A DNA stretch of 40,462 bases from a virus. Lineage: Duplodnaviria > Caudoviricetes. The notes below the pieces were generated by a model. The model saw only the letters and a list, made by a program, of their open reading frames with translations, was not told where the DNA came from and made no database searches. Shown one piece after another: positions 9,084 through 19,800 of this stretch. The stretch's first letter is position 1. Each line of letters begins with the position of its first letter. The stretch lies in the IMG/VR virus record IMGVR_UViG_3300042389_001102, positions 1 through 40,462 of that record. One strand, 5' to 3'. The position numbers were made by a program, and so were the translations under genes.

Positions 9084-9785
9084 ATGTTAGACATTAAGCC
9101 CTTTCAACCTGAAGAACTCAAAGCGATCTCACTCGATTCAACTGCCACAGTTCGCCTTAAACCTACTGATATTGAGCATTATTCACGTGCTGTAATTCAG
9201 AGAGTAGAGCATTCTGACAAGCCGAATAGTGAGGAATACCGCTTAGCAGATGCTCAGGCAAAGCGTTTATGGGCTGATGAGTGTTTAGTAAGGACTCCAG
9301 ACAATCTATATATCGTATACAGCCATGCAGGTTTTGAATCTTACTGGAATTGTTTGGCTCCTGAAGTACGTGAATATGTAAAAGTGATTCGTCCTTTTTG
9401 GTTTGGATTATGCGGGAATCGTCTTGATTTCAAAATTGTAGGAGCCCGCACCCAAATTGAAATAGATGAATTTATTTCTAAAAGGTTGATTGAATCAATC
9501 AAAAAGCAAATCGGGCTTTATAAAGAAAAGGCAATGGTTTGTAACTTTTACAGAGACAAAATTACAGGCAAGCAAATTCCCAAGGATGACGTTAATTTTC
9601 GTGAAGCTTTTGTGAGTAATTTTAATGGAGTTGGACTTGAATATTCAACTTATAAACTTGCTCTTATAAAGGCATTAGCAGGAGAAGGTGCTTATCCTGA
9701 AATTCCTGAAGATTCACTTAGCAAGGCTGAATACGATGAACTCAAAAAAGAATTCACCCCCGCAAAATTAAAGGAAAATAAATAA
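9084..9785 (+). CDS. Hypothetical protein
   Basis: 233-aa ORF in the head module. Confidence 0.7.
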   Translation: MLDIKPFQPEELKAISLDSTATVRLKPTDIEHYSRAVIQRVEHSDKPNSEEYRLADAQAKRLWADECLVRTPDNLYIVYSHAGFESYWNCLAPEVREYVKVIRPFWFGLCGNRLDFKIVGARTQIEIDEFISKRLIESIKKQIGLYKEKAMVCNFYRDKITGKQIPKDDVNFREAFVSNFNGVGLEYSTYKLALIKALAGEGAYPEIPEDSLSKAEYDELKKEFTPAKLKENK

Positions 9786-10543
9786 TGTCAACTGAACAAG
9801 GATGGTTTCCAACTGATGCAACCTTGCTAAATGCTACAGCTGCATCAACTGCCAGTATTACTGTTCGTAGAAGTGGAACTTTAGACGTTCTTAATACTTT
9901 CGCTCAGGTATCAGGCGCAGCAATTAACGCAGGTTTAACCGCATCTCCATTAATAACCCTTGGTATTACCCGTACTACTTGGGCAGCTCCTACAACTAGA
10001 ACAGTAGGAACAATTAATCCAGGTGTGGGAATTACGGTTACCCCCGGAAGTAATACCAATAACTACGCTAATTTGGCTGGTGTTTTGCCCGCTGAAGGGA
10101 TTCAAGCATCTTCCGGAATTGGTGTTTCGTTCCAATTCCGCCCAGCATTTGGAGGTTTGATTAAGTATCCAGGTACTGTAACCACGGCTTCTGCCTCTCC
10201 TAACGTTACAGGCGTTGGAACTTCCTTTACGAGAGATTTCATCGTAGGAGACATCATCCTAATTAATGGAGTTCAAAGGGTTGTGATTACAATCACTTCC
10301 GATACTGCCATTGTTACAGACTCTAACTGGGGTGTTGTTAACACTGCGGTTTCTTACCGTAATGGTCAAGCTTCAGCACCAGGTGACAAGCTTAATGATG
10401 CTGGTATTGGTGCAGTTGGATCAGGCAAGATTCGTGTCATTAAAAATGATGTGATTGTTGCCACAGTGGTTCAAGCTGGTGTCGGTGGTACTGTAGCTGG
10501 TTCTCTTCGTTTACTTGCATCTTTAGCTTTAGATCCTAACTAA
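9785..10543 (+). CDS. Virion structural protein (decoration/fibre-like)
   Basis: T/G/A/V-rich beta protein with a GTVT...VTGVGTSFT...GDIILING segment typical of fibre proteins. Confidence 0.6.
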   Translation: MSTEQGWFPTDATLLNATAASTASITVRRSGTLDVLNTFAQVSGAAINAGLTASPLITLGITRTTWAAPTTRTVGTINPGVGITVTPGSNTNNYANLAGVLPAEGIQASSGIGVSFQFRPAFGGLIKYPGTVTTASASPNVTGVGTSFTRDFIVGDIILINGVQRVVITITSDTAIVTDSNWGVVNTAVSYRNGQASAPGDKLNDAGIGAVGSGKIRVIKNDVIVATVVQAGVGGTVAGSLRLLASLALDPN

Positions 10544-10545
10544 TC

Positions 10546-11268
10546 ATGGTTTCAACCGTACTATCAATTATTAATAGTGCAAGAGGTAGAGGGGGGCTAG
10601 GCAAAAGCCCTCTTACTGCTTCTCAATTTGATGCAATTGGAAATGTTGACAAAGATATCACCACTCTAAAAACCGAATTCGCAAGGCTGTACAAAGAACT
10701 AGCTTTGATGAAAAAAGAAGATTTCAGACAGTTATTTACTGTAACTACTGCAATCGGAGTAAATGAATATTCTTTGACTTTTGATCCTAATCAAATTGTT
10801 GAAATGGACTTAAGGGTTATTAACATAGCTAATAGCGCACCTTGGATAGTCAATTATGTTTCTGAAGCTGATGTGCTTAATCGTTATCCTGATGCTGATT
10901 TGATTCCATCTGGCAGGCCTTATCAATGGTGGATTAAGTCAACAACTAATCAACAAATCAAGAAGCTGGCATTTGTTGGAATCCCTGATGCTGTATACAC
11001 AATTGAAGGTTTCCAAAATGTTAGAGCTGAAACTTTAACTGCAAATTTAGCCACTAAGTGTGTTCAAGAGGGCGATTTATGGTTAGAAGATAAGCTGTAT
11101 GAAATGATGCTTATGTCATTTGGTTTGATTGATGGATATACCGAGCAATATAGCCATAACAGCAAGATGAAGTATATCGGTCAAGGCAATTCACAAGAAT
11201 TGCAAGGGGAGGCTTATTTCCCAGCACAAGACGGATTAAACCAGAGGGATTTTGTAGTATGGCGATAG
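10546..11268 (+). CDS. Head-tail adaptor / tail tubular protein A-like
   Basis: MVSTVLSIIN start, GVNEYSL, SGRPYQW and PDAVYTI motifs typical of podovirus adaptors. Confidence 0.7.
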   Translation: MVSTVLSIINSARGRGGLGKSPLTASQFDAIGNVDKDITTLKTEFARLYKELALMKKEDFRQLFTVTTAIGVNEYSLTFDPNQIVEMDLRVINIANSAPWIVNYVSEADVLNRYPDADLIPSGRPYQWWIKSTTNQQIKKLAFVGIPDAVYTIEGFQNVRAETLTANLATKCVQEGDLWLEDKLYEMMLMSFGLIDGYTEQYSHNSKMKYIGQGNSQELQGEAYFPAQDGLNQRDFVVWR

Positions 11269-11951
11269 GTGAACTTGAAATAAGTAACGTAATTCCAATT
11301 GAATTAAAGCCAAAAAAGGTTTTAACAGTTGGTTTATTTGTTCCTGAAAAAGATATACCTAGGCTTTCACGTCAAAACCTGATAAACATTGGTAAGCTAT
11401 ATTTTAGGACCCTTGATGATGGCAGATTTTTTGAACAAGCCGCAATCAAAATGAAGGTTCCTAAGCCACAAAACGCAGCCGAAGCTAAAGTTATTCGGAA
11501 TATGTGTTTGAAAAACTGGGAGGAATTACCAGTAGAAGAGCAATATGAGATTGTGGTTAGGCATCCAAGAAGTATTTTGAACGAATGGATCAGGGAATAC
11601 AACAAAGCTATTCACTTTATGCTAGATGGGAGTGAGATAGTTTCAGCCTTATTAATAAGCGAAAGAGAAAAAGGATTTAGTTTAAGCGCAGATTTCCCTT
11701 TTGTTGAAAATGGAATAAATAGCGTCGCTAAAGTCCGTAAATGGCTTAAAGTCAAAGACCAATTATTTTCAAACCTAGGCGCAGAAGGCTATAAATACCT
11801 ATTTGCAATTGCAGCAGATGAGAAAAGCAAGAAGCTACTTGAGCTTATAGGCTCCACAAACAAAGGTTTTCGCTCGATTAAACAGCTTGATAGTAGTGTT
11901 TATAATGGCAAGATAACAAGATATTCCCAGTATAGATTCAAATTAAAATGA
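11259..11951 (+). CDS. Hypothetical protein, possible GNAT-like C-terminal domain
   Basis: YLFAIAADEKSKKLLELIG pattern; positioned before the ejection genes like T7 gp13/P22 gp14. Confidence 0.4.
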   Translation: MAIGELEISNVIPIELKPKKVLTVGLFVPEKDIPRLSRQNLINIGKLYFRTLDDGRFFEQAAIKMKVPKPQNAAEAKVIRNMCLKNWEELPVEEQYEIVVRHPRSILNEWIREYNKAIHFMLDGSEIVSALLISEREKGFSLSADFPFVENGINSVAKVRKWLKVKDQLFSNLGAEGYKYLFAIAADEKSKKLLELIGSTNKGFRSIKQLDSSVYNGKITRYSQYRFKLK

Positions 11952-11991
11952 GCATTAACAATACAGGCTTTTTCCAACGAGGATTGAGATA

Positions 11992-12708
11992 ATGGGTAGT
12001 AAGAAAAAAGCACCACAAGTAGATCCAAGCCAAGCAATAAACGCCCAGAGAGAGGCTTTAGCGTATCAAGAGAAATACACACCAACTAGTCAAAATTATG
12101 ATTCAGGCGGTTTTGGTTCAACCTTTAGCAGCTTTGATCCTACTACTAAGCAAATCAAGACTAGTGTAAATGCTGACCCTAGAATACAAAAGGGATTAAG
12201 CGATTATCTTGACAGTGCAAACAATTTTGACAATGATGTAAATGCTGAACAGCAAAATACAGATGTTCAAGTAAATGACTTTATAAAATCTCAAATAAAC
12301 AATCTACAAGGTGATTTAGGGCCCGCTGGGCGTGCTAGCTCTAAAGGTGGCTATTATGCTGGTCAATTCGGTAAGTCATTGTCTTATGATGCCCAAAACA
12401 TGAGAGAAGCCGCTCGTCAAAGAGTGGTTCAAAGAAATCAAGATAGATACAACATGTTCTATCAGCCTTATGCAGTACTTGCAGGTAGCGCAAATCCTGG
12501 AATGGTTAATCAAAATGTGGCTGGACTCGGAGCTGGTGGAGCTAGCACTTATAACAATATGGGGCAAACATATTCCAATGCAGCTAACACAAATGCTCAA
12601 TTGAGAATGCAAGCCCGTATGCAGCCCGCACCATGGCAAACAGCGGTGGGTGTACTTGGTGGACTTGGTTCAAGCGCCATTGGAGCATATACGGGGGGTG
12701 GAAGATAA
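11992..12708 (+). CDS. Putative ejection (internal virion) protein, small
   Basis: MGSKKKAP start, Q/N/G/A-rich, Gly-rich hydrophobic C-terminus. Confidence 0.65.
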   Translation: MGSKKKAPQVDPSQAINAQREALAYQEKYTPTSQNYDSGGFGSTFSSFDPTTKQIKTSVNADPRIQKGLSDYLDSANNFDNDVNAEQQNTDVQVNDFIKSQINNLQGDLGPAGRASSKGGYYAGQFGKSLSYDAQNMREAARQRVVQRNQDRYNMFYQPYAVLAGSANPGMVNQNVAGLGAGGASTYNNMGQTYSNAANTNAQLRMQARMQPAPWQTAVGVLGGLGSSAIGAYTGGGR

Positions 12709-13826
12709 TGTCACAAGGAATTCTTCAAGGGCTTCAAATAGGTTCTCAACTTGGCGAGAATATGTTTGGTCCACGCCAAAGAAGACAATTACTTCAATTG
12801 CAACAAGAGGCCGAATTTGAAAGACAAAAACAATTAGCTCAATTCAATTCGGATTTAGCAGAAAACAAAGAAAACAGGCTTTACGACAGAAACGCAAAAA
12901 TCTTAGAGCAAATAATGGGCAGTAATATTCAGCAGCCAGCTAAACAGGGGCTTGCTGAAAGTGCTTTAATGGATTTAGGAGTTAGGGGAGCACCCGCAGC
13001 GCAAGGCGAATATTTAACACCAACACCCAAAGAAGGCGGAGGATTCAGCTTTGCTCCTTCTGGTGAAAAGTTTAACAATCCAGCTGCCAATAGAAGCACT
13101 TATATTGCACCTCAAAGCCTTGGACTTTTAGGGAAACAACAATTAACAGAAAGAGCGGGGCTAGCGCAAGATGCAATCACCAATAATTCTGATTTAATGT
13201 CACCTGCTAGCGTTGACAAGTCAAACAAAGTAATTCAGGCTAATTCTTTGTCTCAGGGCTTGAATGTAATGGGAAATAGCCCTCAAGGTGAACCTCAAGC
13301 TCCTGATAGGCAAGCCCATAAACGGGAATACATTAAAGCTTATGGGCCCGCTTTCTTAAACCAAAAAGGGGGAGTTGCAGCGCTTTTAAAAGCCGAAAAT
13401 GATGATTGGTACAAGAGCCAACAAGACAGCTATAACCAAAAGAAACAACCGCTTGAACTTGAAAAACTAACAAATGATATTGAATTTAATAAGAGGCACA
13501 GAGAATACACGCTTAAGCGTGACAAATTACTAACTGAGCTTGAAAAGGAAATCAATCCGCTAAAGATTAAACAAATAGAATCACAAATTAAGAATCTGGA
13601 CATTAGAAACCAGTATCAAGCTTTGATGTTCCAGAACACGTTAGACAATGGAAGCGCATATAGAGAAAATGTAAATGCTCCAACTTTTAGCCAATCAACT
13701 TCAACAATTGATCCAACCACAGGGGCAAAAATAACGAATACCACCAGAACAAAAGGAGCTCCATCTTCTCAACCCAAGCAAAAACCAGTCATCAACTTTA
13801 ATTACAGTCCAGTTTTAAAGAGGTAG
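12708..13826 (+). CDS. Putative ejection protein, medium (start MSQGILQG)
   Basis: TAATG coupling at 12706-12710; Q-rich helical; positioned between ejection genes. Confidence 0.6.
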   Translation: MSQGILQGLQIGSQLGENMFGPRQRRQLLQLQQEAEFERQKQLAQFNSDLAENKENRLYDRNAKILEQIMGSNIQQPAKQGLAESALMDLGVRGAPAAQGEYLTPTPKEGGGFSFAPSGEKFNNPAANRSTYIAPQSLGLLGKQQLTERAGLAQDAITNNSDLMSPASVDKSNKVIQANSLSQGLNVMGNSPQGEPQAPDRQAHKREYIKAYGPAFLNQKGGVAALLKAENDDWYKSQQDSYNQKKQPLELEKLTNDIEFNKRHREYTLKRDKLLTELEKEINPLKIKQIESQIKNLDIRNQYQALMFQNTLDNGSAYRENVNAPTFSQSTSTIDPTTGAKITNTTRTKGAPSSQPKQKPVINFNYSPVLKR

Positions 13827-13829
13827 GAC

Positions 13830-16800
13830 ATGACTCAAGGCTATATTCCAAATCAAGCAATTGTAAAAAAAGCGGGAACCCCCAGAATAGAAGATGTAAT
13901 GGGGGGATTGTTCAGCCGTGGCCTTTCAGGGGCTCAAGACATTATTAGTGGATTGTCAAACCGTGCAGATGTAAATCAACTTAAGTCAATTCAGGCCGCT
14001 CAATCAATAATTCCTAATAGAAATAATGTTTTAGATGCAAATGATTTATTCCAAAGCGTTTCAGGTAGAGTTTCAGGACAACAAGCTAGAGGTCTAGCCC
14101 AAAAAGAAAATCAATTAGCTTCTCAAGGACTAGTAAGCAAGCTTTCAGATAAAAACAAAATAGTTAATAGAATTGCAAGCGAAGAAGCTAAAAGCATTGA
14201 TTCAGCCAGATTAGATTTAGACAGGCAAGGGAAAGAAGCTTTAACTCAATTTGAGAAGCAATTAAGAGATTCCAATTCATTTGATGACAATGAAATTCAA
14301 GACGCTTTAAATTCTGCAAGAAAGCAAATTGAATTAAAAAATAAAGAATTAATATTTGGAGAAGCAAAAAAAGCTACTCAATTCCTTGACAAAACAGGGG
14401 GGATGAATCCAATTGAGAGCGCATCATTTAAAGGGAATGAACTCACTAGGGCGATAGGTGGACAGCCTTCAATTCAAGCACAAGCATTGCCAATAGCAGC
14501 CAAAGCAGCCGCAATCTATCAAGGTGGCGGAGCTCCATTGGTTAGAACCGCTGGGCAAATTCTTTCAGCTCCTGAAAACTTAATGAAACAGGTAGGCTAT
14601 CAACCAGAAAAGCCAGGGCTATTAAAATATGCTGGTGATTATCTTAAAGGGGTAAATCAGGATGTTCAAGAAAGTCCTCAAGTCCAAATGTTGCAAAATC
14701 AAAACCCTATTATTGCTGGTGGCACTGGACTTGCAGGTGAATCTATTCTTTTTATGATTGCCCCTGAGGGTGCATTAGCAAGGAACGCCGCTGCTTCAAC
14801 AATTAAAACACTTGCAAAAGCTGGAGCTCCTTCAATTGTCAAAAAAATTGCAGGCGCAGCCATAAAAGAGGGAGTCCAAGACGCAGGATTAAGCGCATTA
14901 CAAACTGGAAGCGATTTGCTTTCACAAGTTGACTCAGGAGCATTGACCAAAGAACAAGCATTATCACAGTTGCCAAGTCAATTAGCCATTAATGCAGCTG
15001 GTGATTTTGTAAGTGCTGGTGCATTACGTGGAGCGGGTGATTTAGCTGGTAAAGCATTAAAAGGACAAATCAAACTCCCTGAAATGCCTAAGACTGAGAC
15101 GGTTGGAGGTGAGGGCGGCGCAAATGCTGTATTAGAAAGACCAACTACCGCCAAGCCGTCAAATGATTTCAACATGTCTGAAACTTATAGACAAATTGGC
15201 CAAGAAATGGAGAAAGCGGGCTTGCTTGAACAAGCTACTAAGTTTTACAAAAAAGCGGATGCGAATGATCCTTTATTAGTAAATGCAAAGCTCAAAAAGC
15301 AAAAGGGAATTACCCAAGTTCGAAAAAGGATTGCAGAAGAAGAAGCTAATCTTCAGAAGTCTCAACAGGTTGCACCTGACAATAACATTCCTTCACAGGT
15401 GGACAATTTAGGTAACCAAGCGAAGCCACCGACAGAAACAGAATCGCCCAAATATAAAAACTCGGAATTGGATCGTCCTCAGACATTGGCTCAAGATAGC
15501 AATTTGCGGACAAATACGCAAACACAAGCCCAAGTTGAATTCGCCATAAGGGCAAAAGCTGGACGAATAGAGCAGCTTAACAAACGAATTAAAGGGAATT
15601 CTCTGGAGCTAGCAAACCTAAAAAAAGGCGGTAAGTCTTGGAGAGGTCTTACTACTAAAGATATACCTGCACTAGAAAAGAAAATACAAGAAGATAAAGA
15701 AGCTTTAAAGCAGATTAAAAACCCTTCTCCCGATCTCGCTTATCAATCCAATTTGCGTAACCAACAAACAGGAAATAGCACACAATCCCGTGAAACAATT
15801 CGTCAAAACGAAAATGCCAATACACCCCCACTAAAAGAACAGCAATTAATAAGTGAAGGTATGGGTGCCACCAAGCTCGTTTCTTCAAATGAAAACCTCT
15901 TAAATAAAAACCAAGATAGCAATTTAGGCAAGAATGCGCAAAAAGATTTAAAGAAACAACCCTCCCCAGTTCAAACACCACGCAATCAAGCCGAACTAGA
16001 ACAAACCTACAAAACCACCTTTGGACTTGATGAACCTAAAGCCAAAGCCGCAGCGGTTGTTACTGACAGGATATTTGACACCATTGCAAGGCGTAAAGGA
16101 ATAACAAAAGAAGCTGCTTATGCTGAGGTCGGTTTCAGAAAGAGTAATGTAAGTGAAGTTGGTAAAGGGGCTAAGTTCCAAGGCGCTCAAACAGACACGC
16201 CCGAATTTAAAAACTGGTTTGGTGATAGCAAGGTAGTTGATGAAAGCGGGAAGCCTTTAGTTGTTTATCACGGGGTAAGAAGTGGAAAACAAATTGATAA
16301 ATTCTTGCAAAAGGGCGATTTGGGCTATAAAAAAGCAGATTATTCTATTGCCAAAGCGGGTATCTATTTTACAGACAAGCCACACCTTGCAAAAAGTTAT
16401 GCAGGAGATTCAGGACAGGTAGAAAATCTTTATTTGTCGATGAAGAACCCCCTCGATCTTGGCGAATATGACGCAATGTATTTCAATGGAACAAAAATAA
16501 AAAGCGGATCGCTTATTAATGAAAATTTTAAAAGAGACTTGCAGGGATTGCCAGAACTTCCAGATCCCGACATTATGCTAGAAGCATTGACACTAAAAGC
16601 GAGAAAATGGTTAGAAAAAAATGGATATGATGGCATGGTCGGGAAAAAAGGCGAAATGTATGCTGGGGCTGAATACGTCGCATTAAATCCAACCCAAATA
16701 AAATCAGCCACAAAAAATACAGGTAAATTTGACCCAAATAATCCTGACATTCGCTTTCAAAACGGAAAAGGAGCGATGGAAACGCTTGAAAGCGGCAAGA

Positions 16801-19800
16801 AAGTTATTCACGCTTTAACAGATCCTAATGTTTCCACCCCTTTACATGAAGTCGCTCACGTTTACGAGGAAGTCTTAACCAAGAGTGAAAGAAATACAAT
16901 CCTTAAATGGGCTGGTTCTAAAGAATGGGACGCTAACGCAAGTGAAAAGTTTGCAAGAGGATTTGAAAGGTATTTGAGCGAAGGTAAAGCCCCGATCCCC
17001 GCTTTGAAAGAAATATTTGAAGACTTTAAAGACTGGTTAGTTGATATTTACAAAGGAATTACAGGCTCTGAAATAGATTTAAAACTCAATAAATCAATGA
17101 GAAAAATCTACGATGAAATGCTTGGACGTCCTGACTTGAAAAAGATTTACAATGCAGAATCAGCGACCAAACTAGATATTGATGACCTAGCCAAAACAGC
17201 CACTGAACCAATTGATGATTATGAAAAGGTTATGGCTGAAGCAATGCTTAAAGCTGATCCTCGTTCATTTAGAAGTGGGAAGCCTCCTGATGTTAAAGAT
17301 TGGACTGAATTTCAACAAAAATACAGAAATCCTGAAAACTACAATACGCTTGATAAGCAAGTAGATACCAAGCTTAAGCCACGTCAACAAAATATTATCA
17401 ATGAGCTTGCTAGCACTCAACAAGTAAGAACAAACCTTGATAAAACAGTAAAGAAAGCTAATCGTGAACTCACCAAACTTTTAAAACCAAATGAAAGCGT
17501 AAGTATTCAAGTTGGTAAAAACACTTACACCTTCACCAGAAAAGATACCGAAATAGTTCTAAATGCTAAAGGACAAGCTGAATTACAGCGAGCATTAGAT
17601 GATTTCAATGAAGGAAGAGAGCCAGAACTAAAACAAAGCAAAGACTCGCTTAATGTTCAAGTTAAAAATGTTGAAATCGAAACGCCCAGAATTAGCCAGC
17701 AAACAAAAGAAGGCTTAGCTAATTTCATTGTTGAAAAAAGCTTAAGATACGCAAATGTTGACAAAGAATATGATGCTTTAAAAGTAGAGTTTGACAACAA
17801 TTTCAAGCCAGATGAATTATTCGGCAAAGTTTGGACTGATAAAAATAGCACTGCTACTTTTCACGTATCCAAAGGGGCTTTAAGGGATAGCGACTTCAAC
17901 GAGTTTAAGGCAGCAACCACCAAGGAATTAAAAGGAAGCAAAGCTTTTACAGAAGAAGCAGAACTCAAATATCCTAAAACAGTCAAAGAGGGTCGCTTGC
18001 CACCAACATCAACGAAGAGAGCACAAGAAGCAATTAAACAACGCTTAGACATGGCAGAGGTCAAAAAAGAGGGCGTTAACACGGTTGAAGATATTGAAGC
18101 CATTAGCAAAGAGTTTGAAGGCGTTAAAGAGAAAGTCAAGAAATCTGCTAAAGGTAAATCTTTTGCTGATGCTGGAACAATAATTGCAGCTCTTAAACTG
18201 GCAACAGGTGATCCAGTTGATGCAGTGTTATCAGGTGTTAGAGCATTTGGAGGATTTAACAAATTAGCTGAAAAAACCAAGAGCAAAGGGCTTTATGAAG
18301 CGGCTGAACTTGCTGATGCTTTCTTAGGAATGCAAAGAGGAATTGAAACCCGCTTAATGGATATTGATCACCCAGCCGTTAAAAAATTCAGCGATATTTA
18401 CAAGAAAATGGCCGCTCAAGAATTCACGATTAGAGGCAAAATGAATTCTGCCATTGATGCCAAATTGGTTAATCCTGATGAGTTAGAGCTTGTCAAGAAA
18501 TTCTTTCAAGAGAATAGTCCTGAAACTATTGACGCTTTATTCGCTCAACATGGAGCGATTGAAGGAATCACAAACCCCGCTGCTTATGCCTATGCTGAAG
18601 CAATTAATGATATTAGAAGAGCCAGAAAAGAAGTGTTAGGAGCTATTACTAAATCTAATGCACTTCCTGATAATGCTAAGAAAGCTTTTGAAACCTTGTT
18701 TGCCTTGGATGATTCAGTTTATGGACAAGTTCATAGCAAAGTAAACGCATTTATTAATGACACTGTTTACAAAACCGCTTTAGCCTATAGGTTAACTTCC
18801 ATCCCTACTATCCTTACTGATGTTCCAATGAAGACGGGAACCACTCAAGGATTTAGAAATACAATTGGCGCCGTGGGTGATTTCTTGTCCAAAAATCCTA
18901 AAGTTGTTAATTCAGAGCTATTCAAATCATTCAAAGCGGAAAGAATGGGCAACTCATGGAATCAAGAATTATCAATACTGGCAAAGACAAGTAAAAACCC
19001 AGTCTTTAGAACACTTCAAGAGCTTGCAGGGAAAATCCAAAACAATCCTCTATTAGGAGATTGGTTTAGTAATACGACTTCAGGTATTCAAAACATAGGC
19101 TTAATTGCAATTGCCAAAAGGTTTGAGCAAAAATACAACAAGCTCAACAATACAAAGATTGACATATTCAAAGAATATAACGGCTCTAATGATGTATCCC
19201 GTGAATTTGCTTTGTACGCTAATGAGCAATTAAATGATTTATACAATGCAGGGGTTGGAAGCTTAGCCAAATCAGGCGTATCAGGAAATCAATTACTTAA
19301 ACCTCTTTTGTTCTTGAAGTCTGAAAGTTTGAGATATCAAAATCTTGAAAACAAGTTGATGCAACAAATGAAAACAGGAAGCGAAGAGGTTAAGCGTGAA
19401 GCCTTTTTCGCTTTCACCAAATACAAAATGGCTCAATTGCTACTAGGAGGAACAGCAGCAACGGGAATTGGAGCTGCTAGCAATCTATTCTTAAGCTATT
19501 TAACACCTGAGCAACAAGATAATTACAAAGAGTCAATGAATTATTTGAACATTGGAAGGCTCTTAAATGTTGATCTCACCGAAAAACTAAACTCAGCAAT
19601 CATTCAAAGAAAACCAGGACAAAGTTTTTATGAAGCAGCTAGAAGCACTTTTGACGAAATGAAGAATCCAATTGTGCAAGCTGTACTCAAATTCCCTGAT
19701 GCGATTAACAACTGGGAAAAAGCTCAAAAGAATGGTGATATTGCTGGTCAAATAAAAGCTTTAACAGCACCGCTCCCTTATGCTTCTGGGCTTGGTGATT

